A DNA stretch of 64,000 nt from Chrysomallon squamiferum (Eukaryota; Animalia; Mollusca), in contig CM022669.1 of NCBI GenBank assembly GCA_012295275.1, positions 19,406,001 to 19,470,000 of the forward strand, read 5' to 3'. Position numbers and translations under genes: made by a program. Below, in pieces: positions 14,893 through 28,612 of this stretch. Every line of letters begins with the position of its first letter. The stretch's first letter is position 1. The notes beneath the pieces are model-generated. The model was given only the letters and a program-made list of their open reading frames with translations. It searched no databases and was not told the DNA's origin.

Positions 14893-16091
14893 TGTTGTTA
14901 TGCTGGTAAGTAGTAGTTGTTGCTGTTGTTGTTGTGGTTGTAGTACAAGTGTGTTTTCTCGGTACAGGTTGACAATCCTTTATCCGAAATATCCGGGACT
15001 GGAAATGTTTCGAATTACAGAATTTGTCGGATTTTTGGAATACAAGCTGAGGAATAGGATGTAAAAGTCTAAGTACGACTTCCACTTATATTTCAAATAC
15101 AGTTCATTTCTGTGCATGAAGCAAAGTTTGTGCATTGAAGTCAGTCCAAAAAATGTATCATTATTTCGGTAAAAGTTACGGAATTCGGCGCTTTGAGGAC
15201 TTCGAAATTTCGTATAAGAGATCCTCATTCTGCATGACAAAAATGTAAATAAACACATCTTCAAAGAAAAAAGAAGAAAAAAAAAGTTTCAACTGTAGTT
15301 ATTACTGGTGTATCTAACAATACTGTCGTGCATAAGCAAACACGGCAGCCTTGTTTGTCAAACGGCTTTTCAGACAAACTGTCTGGTGCCCCCCCCCCCA
15401 CACACATTTTCAGTCAGTCACTCGATCGATAATCAATTAATTAACTTTTCAAAACTTTCCTACATCGACTGACGATTGCAGTGTGTCTGAACTGAACAAG
15501 CAGTCTACGAATCTAGACAGGTCCGTGTAGGACAGACGTGGTGTTAACGTGTCGGAGAATTAATTAAAGAGGAGAATTGGTAGAAGCCGCTGTCGGGAAG
15601 CGATCTCAGAACGTTAAGTTTTTAAAACCGAGTTCTAATCATTGCAAAACCAGCCCTGGCTTTTTCATATAAGAATATCACACCTAAGAAATCTTAAAAA
15701 GAAATTCAAGAAGAGCCATTCCAAATCTTAAATTCACAGCGGAACAAATTTATTTTGTAATTTCCACCATATTGTTACCGCATCGCAGCATGGTTACGGT
15801 AATTGTTATGTGGTGTGCACAAAGTTCAAGGTCACGCGGCACGTGTAGTGCACACTTTGTGTAATCGAAAAGTGATAAACATCCAGATATTGTTTTGACA
15901 CTTTAATCTCAACAATTTCAGCTCGTTAAGAAAACAATGGTCCATGGTTCAGGTAAACATATTTTGATCCTGTTTTCGTTATCAGTGATTTAAAAACCTG
16001 TTTTATAGGCCTAAGTGATTAATATTTCTGTTACGTTTAGGTTAGGCTGCACCAAATAATAATTTTCACTTATTTTTGTACAGAATTAGCC

Positions 16092-16137
<46 letters not shown>

Positions 16138-16220
16138 TTTTTTAAATGTCAGTTATAATGTTTTAAAAAGAACATCAAAATTAAATTTAAAATAGTAATA
16201 ATAAAAATAAAATAAAATAA

Positions 16221-16274
<54 letters not shown>

Positions 16275-17323
16275 TAATAATAAAAGTAAATAAGTAAATA
16301 AATAAATAATAAGTATTGATTTAAAAACAAAACAAAAAAAAAATTATTTAAAAAACCAACAACAACAAACAAACAAAAAACATAGAGGAATCCAGACGCA
16401 CACAGTAACATTCTTTTTGATCCGCCAATAACTAGAAACAAACTGCAAAAATTAACATCGTTGTAATAGTTTAGGGTAGAAAAGTTTCACTGATCAGATC
16501 TGATTATTTATCATGTTCATGGTTCAAAATATTAAGCTCTGTGAGATAAGCGATAAATTTTAAATGTTATATAAAAGAGAATTGAATAAATAAATAATGT
16601 TAAGTGCACGCCATTTTTATTCTGTTGCGTGTTAAACTGAATACAAATTGAAAAAAACCCAGACATTACAGTATAATTATTAAGATAAAATTGTCCCAAA
16701 ACTTTAACTGTTAATACATTCTACGTAAAACTGAAGGGAAATTTTTAAACTGTCTTTGTTGAATGAACAAAAAGACAGGGAGTAATAACGTATCTGACCC
16801 GTGATTTCCCGTTATAACATTTGCTCCTACTTGACACTGATATATATATTTGTATCTATGATCTTTGGCAGTCCTGTTTCCTGGCTGTATTATTAATTAA
16901 TGCTAGGTTTCAAGTGAATTAATAAATTAAAGTTATTCTGAAAGAGATTATGTTTGTTTAACTAACAATAATATCCGGTAATATTAGTATTTATTTAACT
17001 GTTTTTTAATCTCAAACAACGGAACACGAATAAAACGTTATGTAGATTTTAAATGGACGTTCGTTACCGGGTCTATTTTCACTTGTATACTGTTTTTAAA
17101 AAAAGGATTATAAAGACCTCTCTCTCTCTCCATACATTATTTGCTTAAAGCACTTAAACGTAATTATTAATGCATGGTATATAATATACAGTCCTAGTTT
17201 CCTTTAATAATTTTTAATTTTGAAGGTACAAAAATAAAATGTGGGCCGATGTGTCAAACATTTTTAGATTTAGTCTGAATATAGCTGAGAGGAAGCGAGG
17301 GGTACACACATACACACACACAA

Positions 17324-17412
<89 letters not shown>

Positions 17413-17713
17413 TTAGCTAACAAACTGTCATAAAAATATACCACAGTCTAGGGAATTAATAACACTGGCATTGTACTCTGAATGTTTCTAGATAAATGTT
17501 TAATGTCGCAGCCATACTTGATAATGTTGATCAAAATTTTACGACCTCAAAACCATGTTCATTAAGTCATATACATGTATGCATGTAGATAATGTAGATA
17601 GAGATAGAGAAACAAGCCTGGGTCCAGAATTTATACAGGAGAACGAAGACATTGGAGTTTTATCAATAACAGAGAAAACACGAATAAACATTAAAGAAGA
17701 AACAGAAAATAAA

Positions 17714-17744
<31 letters not shown>

Positions 17745-17860
17745 TATTAATTTTCTGACAATTTATAAATGCAATATTCTGCATACATACAAACTATGTA
17801 TAGGTTTGGGTATATGAGTATGTATATATATATATATATATGTATGTATTTATGTATGTG

Positions 17861-17909
<49 letters not shown>

Positions 17910-18224
17910 ATATATGTATATATATATATATATTGCTAACACAAAATATGAGTCGTTATCTAGCGGATCGTGTTTGTATGGAGTGGCCTGACCTATAAAA
18001 CGCGGATATAATGCAGTGTGTGTGTCTACAGTTAAGACTTACTTACCTTTCAACTTACTAAGTTTTTCGTTCAAAGATCTCACCTCCCGACGTAAATTCC
18101 TGTAATCCCTTCGAATTCGGGTTAGGTTTTTCCTTAAAGAATGGCTCTTGTGAGTCGTCGGGTCACAGAAGAGAAGCAGCATCAGTAGAAACATCCATAT
18201 CACTCTGCCGCAGGGCACAGTCAT
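5047..18224 (-). CDS. C-type lectin domain protein, signal peptide + coiled-coil neck + CTLD (244 aa; exons 18224-18047, 6232-6041, 5411-5047)
   Basis: Three exons with GT-AG boundaries, both introns phase 1, total 735 nt = 245 codons. Exon 1 has a hydrophobic N-terminus (VIWMFLLMLLLFC) and a heptad-like segment. Exons 2-3 give CTLD signatures CPAGF..F...CLWF, NW..AR.HC, W.WD, NW, C, W...C....FICE. Confidence 0.88.
5634..6050. repeat. Degenerate ~31-bp tandem repeat (consensus ~AAAAGTTTAAAATACTCACGACTGTTATTTA), about a dozen copies, overlapping the lectin exon 2 donor site
   Basis: Recurring AAAAGTT(T/C)AAAATA(C/T)T(C/T)ACG units through the intron; the last unit is the exon 2/intron junction itself. 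Confidence 0.8.
6041..6232 (-). CDS. C-type lectin exon 2 (DNREAVACPAGFVAFYRRCLWFVFEPRLNWENARLHCLKHSSRLLIDNSTRKHDFIVKFLQNNS)
   Basis: Acceptor TTCTTTCACTTCAG, donor C|GTGAGT, 192-nt open frame, N-terminal half of a CTLD. Not in the ORF track. Confidence 0.92.
14965..15232. mobile_element. Decayed Tc1/mariner (pogo/Tigger-like) MITE, ~268 bp
   Basis: Left end TA|CAGGTTGACAATCCTTTATCCGAAA and right end TTTCGTATAAGAGATCCTCATTCTG|CA form a degenerate ~25-bp TIR with a TA/CA target site. The terminus resembles Tigger-family TIRs from memory; not searched. Confidence 0.65.
17328..17410. repeat. (AG)n microsatellite
   Basis: Pure dinucleotide run in lectin intron 1. Confidence 0.95.
18047..18224 (-). 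CDS. C-type lectin exon 1 (MTVPCGRVIWMFLLMLLLFCDP...LSKLK)
   Basis: ATG at 18224-18222; donor AAAG|GTAAGT at 18047/18046, phase 1, matching the next exon. Linkage across a ~11.8-kb intron is inferred from phase and domain logic. Confidence 0.75.
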
Positions 18225-18978
18225 GTCCAAGACTCGGCACGCACAAACACAATCATCAGAAACAACAAGAAAATCAAACCGGAATTTTTTTTTTTTTTTT
18301 TTTTTTTTTGTATATGTATATCAAATTAATTACAGTATATCCTGCTTAAAGTCACGGGAAGAAGGAACCAGTAAAGTAAAAGAGCCAAACTCTTCAGCAT
18401 ATTTCAACACTCCAACTTGTTTGTTTTTCTAGCACTTCAAACGCTGCCGCTGTTTGAATGAATGAACGACAAACAGGTAGATATTTAATATATATATCAC
18501 CCGCTCATTGCATACACATATTTTTTTTTTTCTCCTGTTATTTCAGACAAATATTCCCTTTCTTTTTTGCTTTCTTTTTTTTTTTTTTTTTTTTTCACTC
18601 CCTCGTTTGTTTGTTTTTTCGTGTTTTTTTTTTTTTTTTTTATGAAAGAGCCATCTTATAGATTAGCCTGGAATTGCATTTGGAGCGTCTAACCCACTGT
18701 CCGCAGAGTTTGTTCCTCTTTCCCAGTTCATGTTTCATTGAGTAGAAAAGTACCGCAGTTGAGAGGGTATATACTTGGCTGTACGCTCAAGGCGACGCGG
18801 TCCCACTGGCTATACCTATACATACACGTATATATCTGATGTCGTGGGCTTTTTGCCAAAATCGTCTCTTCGCAAAAGAAACACTTCAAGCTTCGATATG
18901 TAATTAACGCCGTATTATTGATAGTGGCTCTTACCGTGCGTTTTAAATGCAAGTCATCCTGGTTGTTTGTTGTTTTTG

Positions 18979-19026
<48 letters not shown>

Positions 19027-19225
19027 CACCAGTTTCCTATTAAAAAATTAATAATATTTTTAAAAGTTTGTGCTTCAGAAAATAAATAGATAAATTAGTA
19101 AATAACTGTGCCCTTTAGAAACGTAGCTAAATTTCTGAATGGACGTTCTGTATTATCAGGTTTTGTATCAAGACTTCTGAGAGGGATATATATGTACAGA
19201 TAAGGGTATATGTCACGCACACACT

Positions 19226-19260
<35 letters not shown>

Positions 19261-20389
19261 ATACATGACATTATTTTTTTTGCCATGGCTCTATATGAAT
19301 GAAAGAATTCTGATTTATGAATGAACGTGACAAGAGGCGTGGCTGTATTACCGATTGGCGAAAGCTGAATGTGACACAGGATGAAATTTCCCTTTGACAA
19401 ATATTATTTCAGCAACAAACCTATGAAACGACAACAAAATATTAAACTAACATGATGCTGGAAAATGGAATTATACGAGAAATATCTTTACTTTAATTTT
19501 ACCAAAAACGTAGCTTTGATAATATAAAAAAAAAAAAATGAATGAAGATTTTTTTTTTTCGAATGTCTGGCGCCATTTTCTCATTAAATAATCATTTCTT
19601 TCTGCTCACTTTGTATGTATGTATGAATGATTTTTTTATTTATTTTATATCTATATACGAACGTACTTGCAGACAGGTATGTAGGTCGTCTCTGCAAGGT
19701 GTAAACACGATCACACAGATACTTTTTTGTTTGTTTGTAAGAGAACAAACATTTGAAATTACATAAATAATCAGATACATTGACAGACAGAGAGACAGAT
19801 AGACAGACAGACAGACAGCTAAACGGATACATGGATAGACAATATACACCAGCAGGCACATTCATACAAGTGTTTATGCACGCACGCGCGCGTCGCTGCA
19901 TGCGTGTACATAAATGTTTTTTTGTGTACACAACGGACTACATACCAGTATTAAGTCATTGACAAACACAACAGTGCACAAAACCACACTGAGCTCGTGT
20001 TTGGTTTAACTGACGCGTAGAAACTGGCCCACACGGAAGCAAAAGGACTTAGCTCTTCAAAACGCCTACGTCGTGGACACCAAGGTCATCTTATCAGTCC
20101 TCGCACTGTGGTAGCTGTATTTCGCAATATTCAGTCTTATACTGCCCAAAGAAAATAATAAAAACAACAACAACAGCAGCAGCAACAACAACAACAGCAA
20201 CAACAACAACATCAAAAACAAAACAACAACACAACAACAACAACAATAATAATAATAATAATAATAATTTAATAATGACGATAATTTGGAAGCTGAATAT
20301 ATATGAATGTATGTGTGTGCGAGTGTATGTATGTATGTATATATGTATATGAATGTATGTATGTATATATGTTTATATATATGAGTGTG

Positions 20390-20430
<41 letters not shown>

Positions 20431-20984
20431 ATTTATATATATATAATATTAAATTAGCATACGGACAGATGGAACAGACCTATATTTTTTAATGAGTATA
20501 TCTTGAAGGGTTCTTCAGTACGTACTTGTTGACACCGGAACTTCTGTTAGTAAAATTATGAATATTATAGAATATTTATTATGTTTATCTAGTGAATATT
20601 GCAGCGTAGTTCATTTGCTGAATGCGTTATTACGTATATCTAGTGAACAGTATTACGTAGATCATCTGCTTTATATTTATGTTTATCTACCGAATATTAT
20701 TACATGGTTGTCATATCCAGTATTTATTGCAAGTGTCTACATATTTATTGCGTTCTCGTTAAATAATTAATACATTGCTCACACCCTGAGTATATATTAA
20801 GTGTGTCTACTGGAAATTATTATACTGTTCGAATGCTGAATCAATCATCCTAATGAATAAAAACTGTCATTTCAAAAACCACTGTTCTGTCTACGTGAGT
20901 GCGTTGTAAAAGCAAATGGAAGTTACTAAATATTACTGCACGGTAATCTCCAGTGTTACTGATAGCAGCAACGTCGATACGAAT

Positions 20985-21540
20985 AGAAGTAATGGTAGTA
21001 ATAGTAACTGTAGTAGTTTTGGTAATAGTAAAAGTAGTGAAAGTAGCAGTAACAATTCTAGTAATGGTAGCAGCAGTAATAGCACTAATAGTGATAGTAG
21101 AAGATGTAGCTGGTAATAATTCTAGTAAAGATAGTGGTAGTAATAGTTGTAGTAGACGTAGTAGTAATCGTAGTAATAGCAGAAGTAGTAATATTAGTAG
21201 TAGTAGTAGTAGTAGTAACAGATTTAGAAGTAATAATAATAAAGGCAGTAGTAGTAATAAAAAATAGAAGAAGCAGCAGTACTAGTAGTGATAGTAGTAA
21301 TAGTAATAAAAAAAGGTAGTAGTAATAATTGCAGTAATGGTAGTAGTGGTGAAAATGGTAGCAGTAGCAGAAGAAATGCTAGTGGTAGTGGTAGTAGTAT
21401 TAGAGATAGTGGCTGTAGTAATAGTAGTACTGGTAGAAGTAGTAGTTGTACTAGTAGTACTAACAGAGGTAGTAGTAATAATAGCATAATGATAGTAGTC
21501 GGTAACAGTAGTAGTAGAAGTAATAGTAGTAGAGGCAGAA
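20985..21540. repeat. Degenerate (AGT/AGC/AAT)n trinucleotide low-complexity tract
   Basis: About 550 bp of GTA/GCA/ATA triplets; source of several spurious ORFs. Confidence 0.9.
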
Positions 21541-21823
21541 CTAGGATATTTTCTTCCGTTTATTTTTATTTTTAGATTTAATATATGTCGGTATTCTTTC
21601 ACCCGATTCGCTTGATTTCTGAACGGCAAACGTTAACTCACAAAAAGGTTTTTTTTTTTAAATAATAAAACGAGTATATTCATGTAGACTGTAACTAAAC
21701 CAAGTTGAACATAAATCATTTACAAAGGTGTTATAATTCAGTGAATCGCTCCAGGGGGTCAGCCATATAATTACAGCCCAGGTATATTTCGACTTTTAAA
21801 AAAAAAAAAATAAACAAACAGTA

Positions 21824-21866
<43 letters not shown>

Positions 21867-21950
21867 AGAAAAAGTAAATTCAATTAAATTAAACTGAAAG
21901 TAATAATAAGAAAACAACAAAAAATAAATAAATAAAAATAAAAAAGTTAA

Positions 21951-22017
<67 letters not shown>

Positions 22018-22744
22018 TTTAAAAATTTTAAACGTTAAGTTTTAAAAAAGAAAGAATATTTGTCTGAAAAAAAAGAGAAGGTATTTCGTTTAAAATGATA
22101 ATAATGAATCTAAAAGGGTCGAAACGAGAGGTGGTTTGGACACAAAATTAAATAATATACTGTTTATTAACCTATTACGGCTGCTACTGTTATTACTACT
22201 ACTACTACCGCTACTGTTACTACTACTACTAATAAAAATACTATCACCACTACTACTACTAATGTTGTACTCAAAGTATTCTGAAGTAGGTAAGTTTGCT
22301 AGTACATTCACAAATCTCAAATATTTGCAGTTTGGATTCGTATGTCTTGCTCTCTTTGGATATATCCATGATTACTACTATTACTTCTATTTTACTGCTT
22401 GTTCTGGTTTTATTACTACTACTGCAAATGCTACTTCTGCTGTCACTATTACTAACACTGCTACTATTACAGCTACTATACCTACCACCTTCATGCTGTA
22501 TTGTGATAGACTATTTCCACCTAAATATATTTTCATTTAACAATTTCGCTTGATTGTATATATAGTATCGCGATTCGGTTTATTAAAGTTAATGAGTTAT
22601 TCCCCTTTTTCTAGTCATTATAATATTTATTAGTACTAATTATCAAACGGTATTGTAATAATTTTTTTTTGGTGTTAAATATTATAAGATAATTGAAATA
22701 AATTAATCTGGCTGAAAAAACAAAAATAACAATAATATAAATCA

Positions 22745-22848
22745 TATCATGAAATAGTTACACATCTATTTATCATGAAATATCAGTGTAATTACTTCGT
22801 GATAAATAGTTGTGTAATTATTTCATGATAAATTGGCTGTGTAATTAT
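22745..22848. repeat. Forward then inverted copies of the same 26-bp unit (near-palindromic junction)
   Basis: 22745-22782 forward (TATCATGAAATAGTTACACATCTATTTATCATGAAATA); 22784-22848 reverse complement of ~2.5 units. Confidence 0.85.
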
Positions 22849-22902
22849 CTGGCTGAAAAAAAAAAAAAAAAAAAAAACCGAATGGAATCGATCCACTGAT
22901 GT

Positions 22903-23860
22903 TATTTATCATGAAATAATTACACAGCTATTTATCATGAAATAATTACACTGCTATTTATCATGAAATAATTATACTGCTATTTATCATGAAATAATTA
23001 CACTTCTATTTATCATGAAATAATTACACAGCTATTTATCATGAAATAATTACACAGCTATTTATCATGAAATAATTACACAGCTGTTTATCATGAAATA
23101 ATTACACTTCTATTTATCATGAAATAATTACACAGCTATTTATCATGAAATAATTACACTTCTATTTATCATGAAATAATTACACTGCTATTTATCATGA
23201 AATAATTACACAGCTATTTATCATGAAATAATTACACAGCTATTTATCATGAAATAATTACACAGCCAATTTATCATGAAATAATTACACTGCTATTTAT
23301 CATGAAATAATTACACTGCTATTTATCATGAAATAATTACACTGCTATTTATCATGAAATAATTACACAGCCAATTTATCGTGAAATAACTACACTGCTG
23401 TTTATCATGAAATAACTACACTGCTGTTTATCATGAAATAACTACACTGCTGTTTATCATGAAATAACGACACTGGTGTTTATCATGAAATAACTACACT
23501 GCTATTTATCATGAAATAACGACACTACTGTTTATCATGAAATAATTACACTGCTATTTATCACGAAATAATTACACTGCTGTTTGTCATGAAATAACGA
23601 CACTGGTATTTATCATGAAATAACTACACTGCTGTTTATCATGAAATAACTACACTGCTGTTTATCATGAAATAACTACACTGCTGTTTATCATGAAATA
23701 ATTACACTGCTATTTATCACGAAATAATTACACTACTGTTTATCATGAAATAACTACACTGGTATTTATCATGAAATAACGACACTGGTATTTATCATGA
23801 AATAACTACACTGGTATTTATCATGAAATAACTACACTGCTGTTTATCATGAAATAACGA
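22903..23860 (+). repeat. 26-bp minisatellite, ~37 tandem copies (TTTATCATGAAATAATTACACTGCTA and variants)
   Basis: Directly visible head-to-tail units differing at only a few positions. Confidence 0.97.
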
Positions 23861-24740
23861 GACTGACCTTGCAGCACTAAACAACCTATTAGTCTGCCTT
23901 CTAAGCAATGACGTCACAGAAAATGGCCGTGCCTACATACGTTTGAACTCAACTTTTTTGGTTTTCTTGTTATGTTTTGTTTTTATTTTTTAAATTTTTT
24001 TTAAACTAGACGTGGAGAAATTAAAATAAATAAATAAATCATAACTTACACTAGTTTTTCATATCACGATAAAATTGCTTAAAAAGTCTGCATTAACCAG
24101 ATAAAAAAGTATGCCTCCATAAAATTTCATTAAATAATTTCGTAATAAAACAGAATCTGTTTTAAAGGAATAATGTCTTTTCATTTTCCTTAGCTCGTGT
24201 TGTTTTTAATCCGAAACTGAACGTGGTTGAACGAATATAAAGGAGAATATTAATGTCATCATTAAAAAAAAAAAAAAAGAGAGAAAAAAATCTATTCACG
24301 TCTGCAACACCAATCACGAGTCTGTACAAAAATGTCACATCTTCTTTTAAGTCAGAGCGAAGAATAATCGTGATTATTTTATTGTACAGTCTGAAATCAG
24401 GATAATATACTTCCAAGTATTTAACTGGTTGTTGTTTCTTTTTTCTTTTTTTAATTTTTTTTTTTTGTAATCGCGTACAGGTTTAGGCTTGTGCTAAAAA
24501 ACAGAGACAAACATTTGTATCTTAGAATGGAGTTAATATAAATGCAAAATATACGCAAACGAACAGTTAAGAAATACTTAATATATTTAAATACATGTTC
24601 ATCTACTCACCTCTTTCTTTCTTTTTCTATTTTTTCTTCCATAATTTTATCCGTTGCCATCTATATTTTTATTGATCTATTTATTAGTCTATTTATCTGT
24701 GTATCTGTTCACATATCTTTCCTATTTGTGTATATTTTCA

Positions 24741-24742
<2 letters not shown>

Positions 24743-24814
<72 letters not shown>
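24743..24814. repeat. (TC)n microsatellite
   Basis: Pure dinucleotide run. Confidence 0.95.
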
Positions 24815-24819
<5 letters not shown>

Positions 24820-25031
24820 CTTGGACTCCTTCTTTCTCTATATATAGATACATCGATAGCTAAATCAGTTTTCGTATGTATCTCTGTTACGTACACAATG
24901 TACAAACTCGAAAAGAACACACAAAGAGCTGTATTTGAGACACGGCGGAGATGTTTGTATAAACAAGTACAGACAGCGTTTTGATTTAAACAGGCATCAT
25001 ATTACATTGCACCATTATTTAAAAATAGTTG

Positions 25032-25062
<31 letters not shown>

Positions 25063-25621
25063 TGTTATCCTTTAATATTTTTATTATAATTTAAAAAATT
25101 TATGGGCTGGGTTTTTTTTTCTGGTTTTTTTTTTTTTTTTTTCTCATTCTCTCTTTTTATATGCATGATTCATTTTTATTATTATTTTTTTTTTTATAAT
25201 GCAACCATGAACGCACGAACACTGTCGAATTAAGTTTAATATTATGTACGTGGATGTGCGTAGCTATACTAATTATTTTAGCATGCGTGTGTGAATATCT
25301 GAAGAACCACTGACTGGCTGTCATCATGGATAATCTCTGCAGAATACTGGATTAACAGCTCCGAGTTCGCGGATTAAGTATGTTTACATGTAAGAACAGA
25401 CAGCGGCAATGCTTTGTTATTCTTAATCCGTTAATTAAAAACGCGAAGATAACACAACCACCCGTCTATGACGAGTGTTTGGGTAGGTCATCGGGTAGAG
25501 ATGATAGATACGGACTGGGCACATTCTCTGATTTTTATACACCAAGACATTCATCTCCAGTTGGTTCAGGTAACAAAGAAATACGATGCTTTATCGATCA
25601 AAAATTAATTAGCTGTTTTAT

Positions 25622-25653
<32 letters not shown>

Positions 25654-26002
25654 CATACATACATACATACATACATACATACATACACACACACATACAC
25701 ATTTACGTATACATATACATACACATATATAGATATAAGTACACATATACATTAATCTGTCAAAAAGTAGTTTTAATGAATATGCATAAACTAAAATGTC
25801 GCTGTTGAACTTGTAGAATCTGTTGATAAGAGTACGTTCTCATAAATGTCAGTAGGTCAAGTTCGTGGTGGTTTAAAATTATGTTCTAACTGTGTAATTA
25901 TATCGTTTATCATACACAGTATACACTAATTATTCTAGCTTGTATATAAGATTTCGAAACGGGAGTTGACGCCAGAATTGTTGCGGATATAGCTGTCGTT
26001 AG

Positions 26003-26034
<32 letters not shown>

Positions 26035-27295
26035 AATCATCATCATCATAACCATAAAAAGATCAGTCAGGTAAATGTATTGCCTGTTAGTGTATTTATT
26101 TATTTAGTCATTTATTTATTTATTGTTGCTGTTGTTGCTGTTCTTATTGCTATCCTCATCACAATCATTACCACAATAATTATCATAACCATCGCAAACA
26201 TTACCATCTTTATAGTAATAGTAGTAGTAGCAGTAGCAATGATGGCATCTAATAGAATCAGCATGCATACATAGTACTATTGTGTTATAGCAATACTAGT
26301 ATCAGTATTATTATTATTAATAGTAGTAGCAGTAGCATTAGCTGCAGTAGAAGTAGTAGTAATAGTATTAGTAATAGTAATAATATGTTTGTGATATTTT
26401 CCCTTAGTCCGAACAACATGTCACGACTGGTGAAAAACAAATTATGTAGCACTAGTTATTTGTGAATAAAAATAGACCAAAGGTAAATCGATGTGAATGT
26501 TCCGGTGACCATCAATGCCTCGGGCGAGAACTTCTCCATTAAGCTGTTTCCTGGTCTTGTGATGTCCATAGATTTGTCGCTGTGGATCCGACTGCTAAAA
26601 AAACAAAACAAAAAAAATCTACTGCGGAAAGTGACGTAACTTAACGAAAAACGCCGACGTAAAAGATATGCATTTCAGATACCATCTACCCCTGAAAACT
26701 AATTATTATAGCAGGGAATGAAACAGATGTGTCTGAAGCATAATACACAAAGTATACTCACAGAAAAAAAAAGCTAGAACTTTGAAAATATAAAACATTT
26801 CTCAAAAATTGTTTTAATTCTTTTTTTAAAAATATTTTCTCTTTTTTTTGTGTGTGTGTATAGGTCAAGGTTAATATTTAGCATATGAAATGTATGCTGT
26901 CTGAACTCGATGAATCGTGACCTAAATATTTTATATATGCATGTATATATAATAAAACTGAAAGCGAAAACCTGAACTAATTATCTTTCCATGGAGTTAA
27001 CCTTTACAATAAAGAAAAGAAAAATTACTTCGAACGCAATATTCAATTTATCTTTAGTTAATTATAATTTTAATTAATCCTTTGCATCAAGAAATATTAG
27101 TGATGAGACTGTCTGAAGAATACGTTTTTGTTTAAGACAGAACTAATATCAGAATACGGCTGAAATTGATTATTTTGACCTTTTATCTAATTGTTGATGT
27201 AAACGAATATCTTGATCTTTAAAGTTTTCATTGTTTTGTGTAATCTGTTGTGGTTTTTTGTTGTTTTTTTGTTGTTTTTTGTTTTCTGCAGGCTT

Positions 27296-27797
<502 letters not shown>

Positions 27798-28224
27798 CTC
27801 TACCTCTAATCTCTGTCTTTAAATCTTTACGGTAATATTACCACGTTCAATCGTTACAAAAACTGCAGTACATAATTAACGTGAATTAGAATCATAATTA
27901 CCGCGACTGGTGGTGCGAACAAAAAAATGTACTTTGTATTTTCAAATCACGGCTCATTTGCCTTACACTGTTCGACCGTCTTCGTTATCTACAGCGCGTC
28001 ACGTTTTCAATAAAAAGAATTGAATTTTTTATGTGCCAGTGAGACGAGCAAATCGACAATGTAACTAACCACTGCGAGAAAGAATCGATGGTAATTGAAT
28101 GATTTGCTGAATTTGATTTGCGTTTCCCCTCGCGCACACGGGCAGACACATTTTAAAGATAAAACTCAATGGTCGATCCACTTTTGGGAAGAACTATTTT
28201 GTATCCCTTTTTTGTATTTCGTTA

Positions 28225-28612
28225 AATAATGATGATAATGATGATGATAACAACAACAATTACAATAATAATAATAACAATAGCAGTAGTAATAGTAGTA
28301 GTGGTGGTAGTAGTAGTAGTAATAGTAGTAATAGTAGTAGTAGAAGAGGTATCAGTAGCAAAAATAGTAGTAGTAGTAATAATAGTAGTAGAAATTGTAG
28401 AGGTAGTAGTGGTGGTGATGGTGATGGTGGTGGTGGTGATAGTTGTAGTGGTTGTTACTAAAAATATAAGTAGTTGTACAAGTAATAGCAGTAATAATTG
28501 TAGTAGTAGTAGGAACATTCGTTGCAACAATAGCAGCAGTAATAGCAATGGTAGTGGTAGTAGTAGCAGTGGTAGCAATGGTGGTAGTAATAATAGTAAC
28601 TGCAATAGCAGA
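28225..28612. repeat. Degenerate (AGT/GGT/AAT)n trinucleotide low-complexity tract
   Basis: Triplet-periodic tract giving poly-V/T/L pseudo-ORFs. Confidence 0.9.

Noticed and set aside
20560-20830. Faint ~50-bp periodicity (TATCTAGTGAA-like motifs)
   Set aside because: Too degenerate to define a unit reliably by eye.
18976-21863. Long poly(T)/poly(A) runs as retroposon tails
   Set aside because: No adjacent SINE/LINE body, Pol III boxes or TSD recognised; such runs are ubiquitous in this window.
22903-23860. Regular repeat array as a CRISPR-like locus
   Set aside because: Units are contiguous with only 3-5 variable bases drawn from a few recurring variants. There are no unique spacers or cas genes and the context is eukaryotic.
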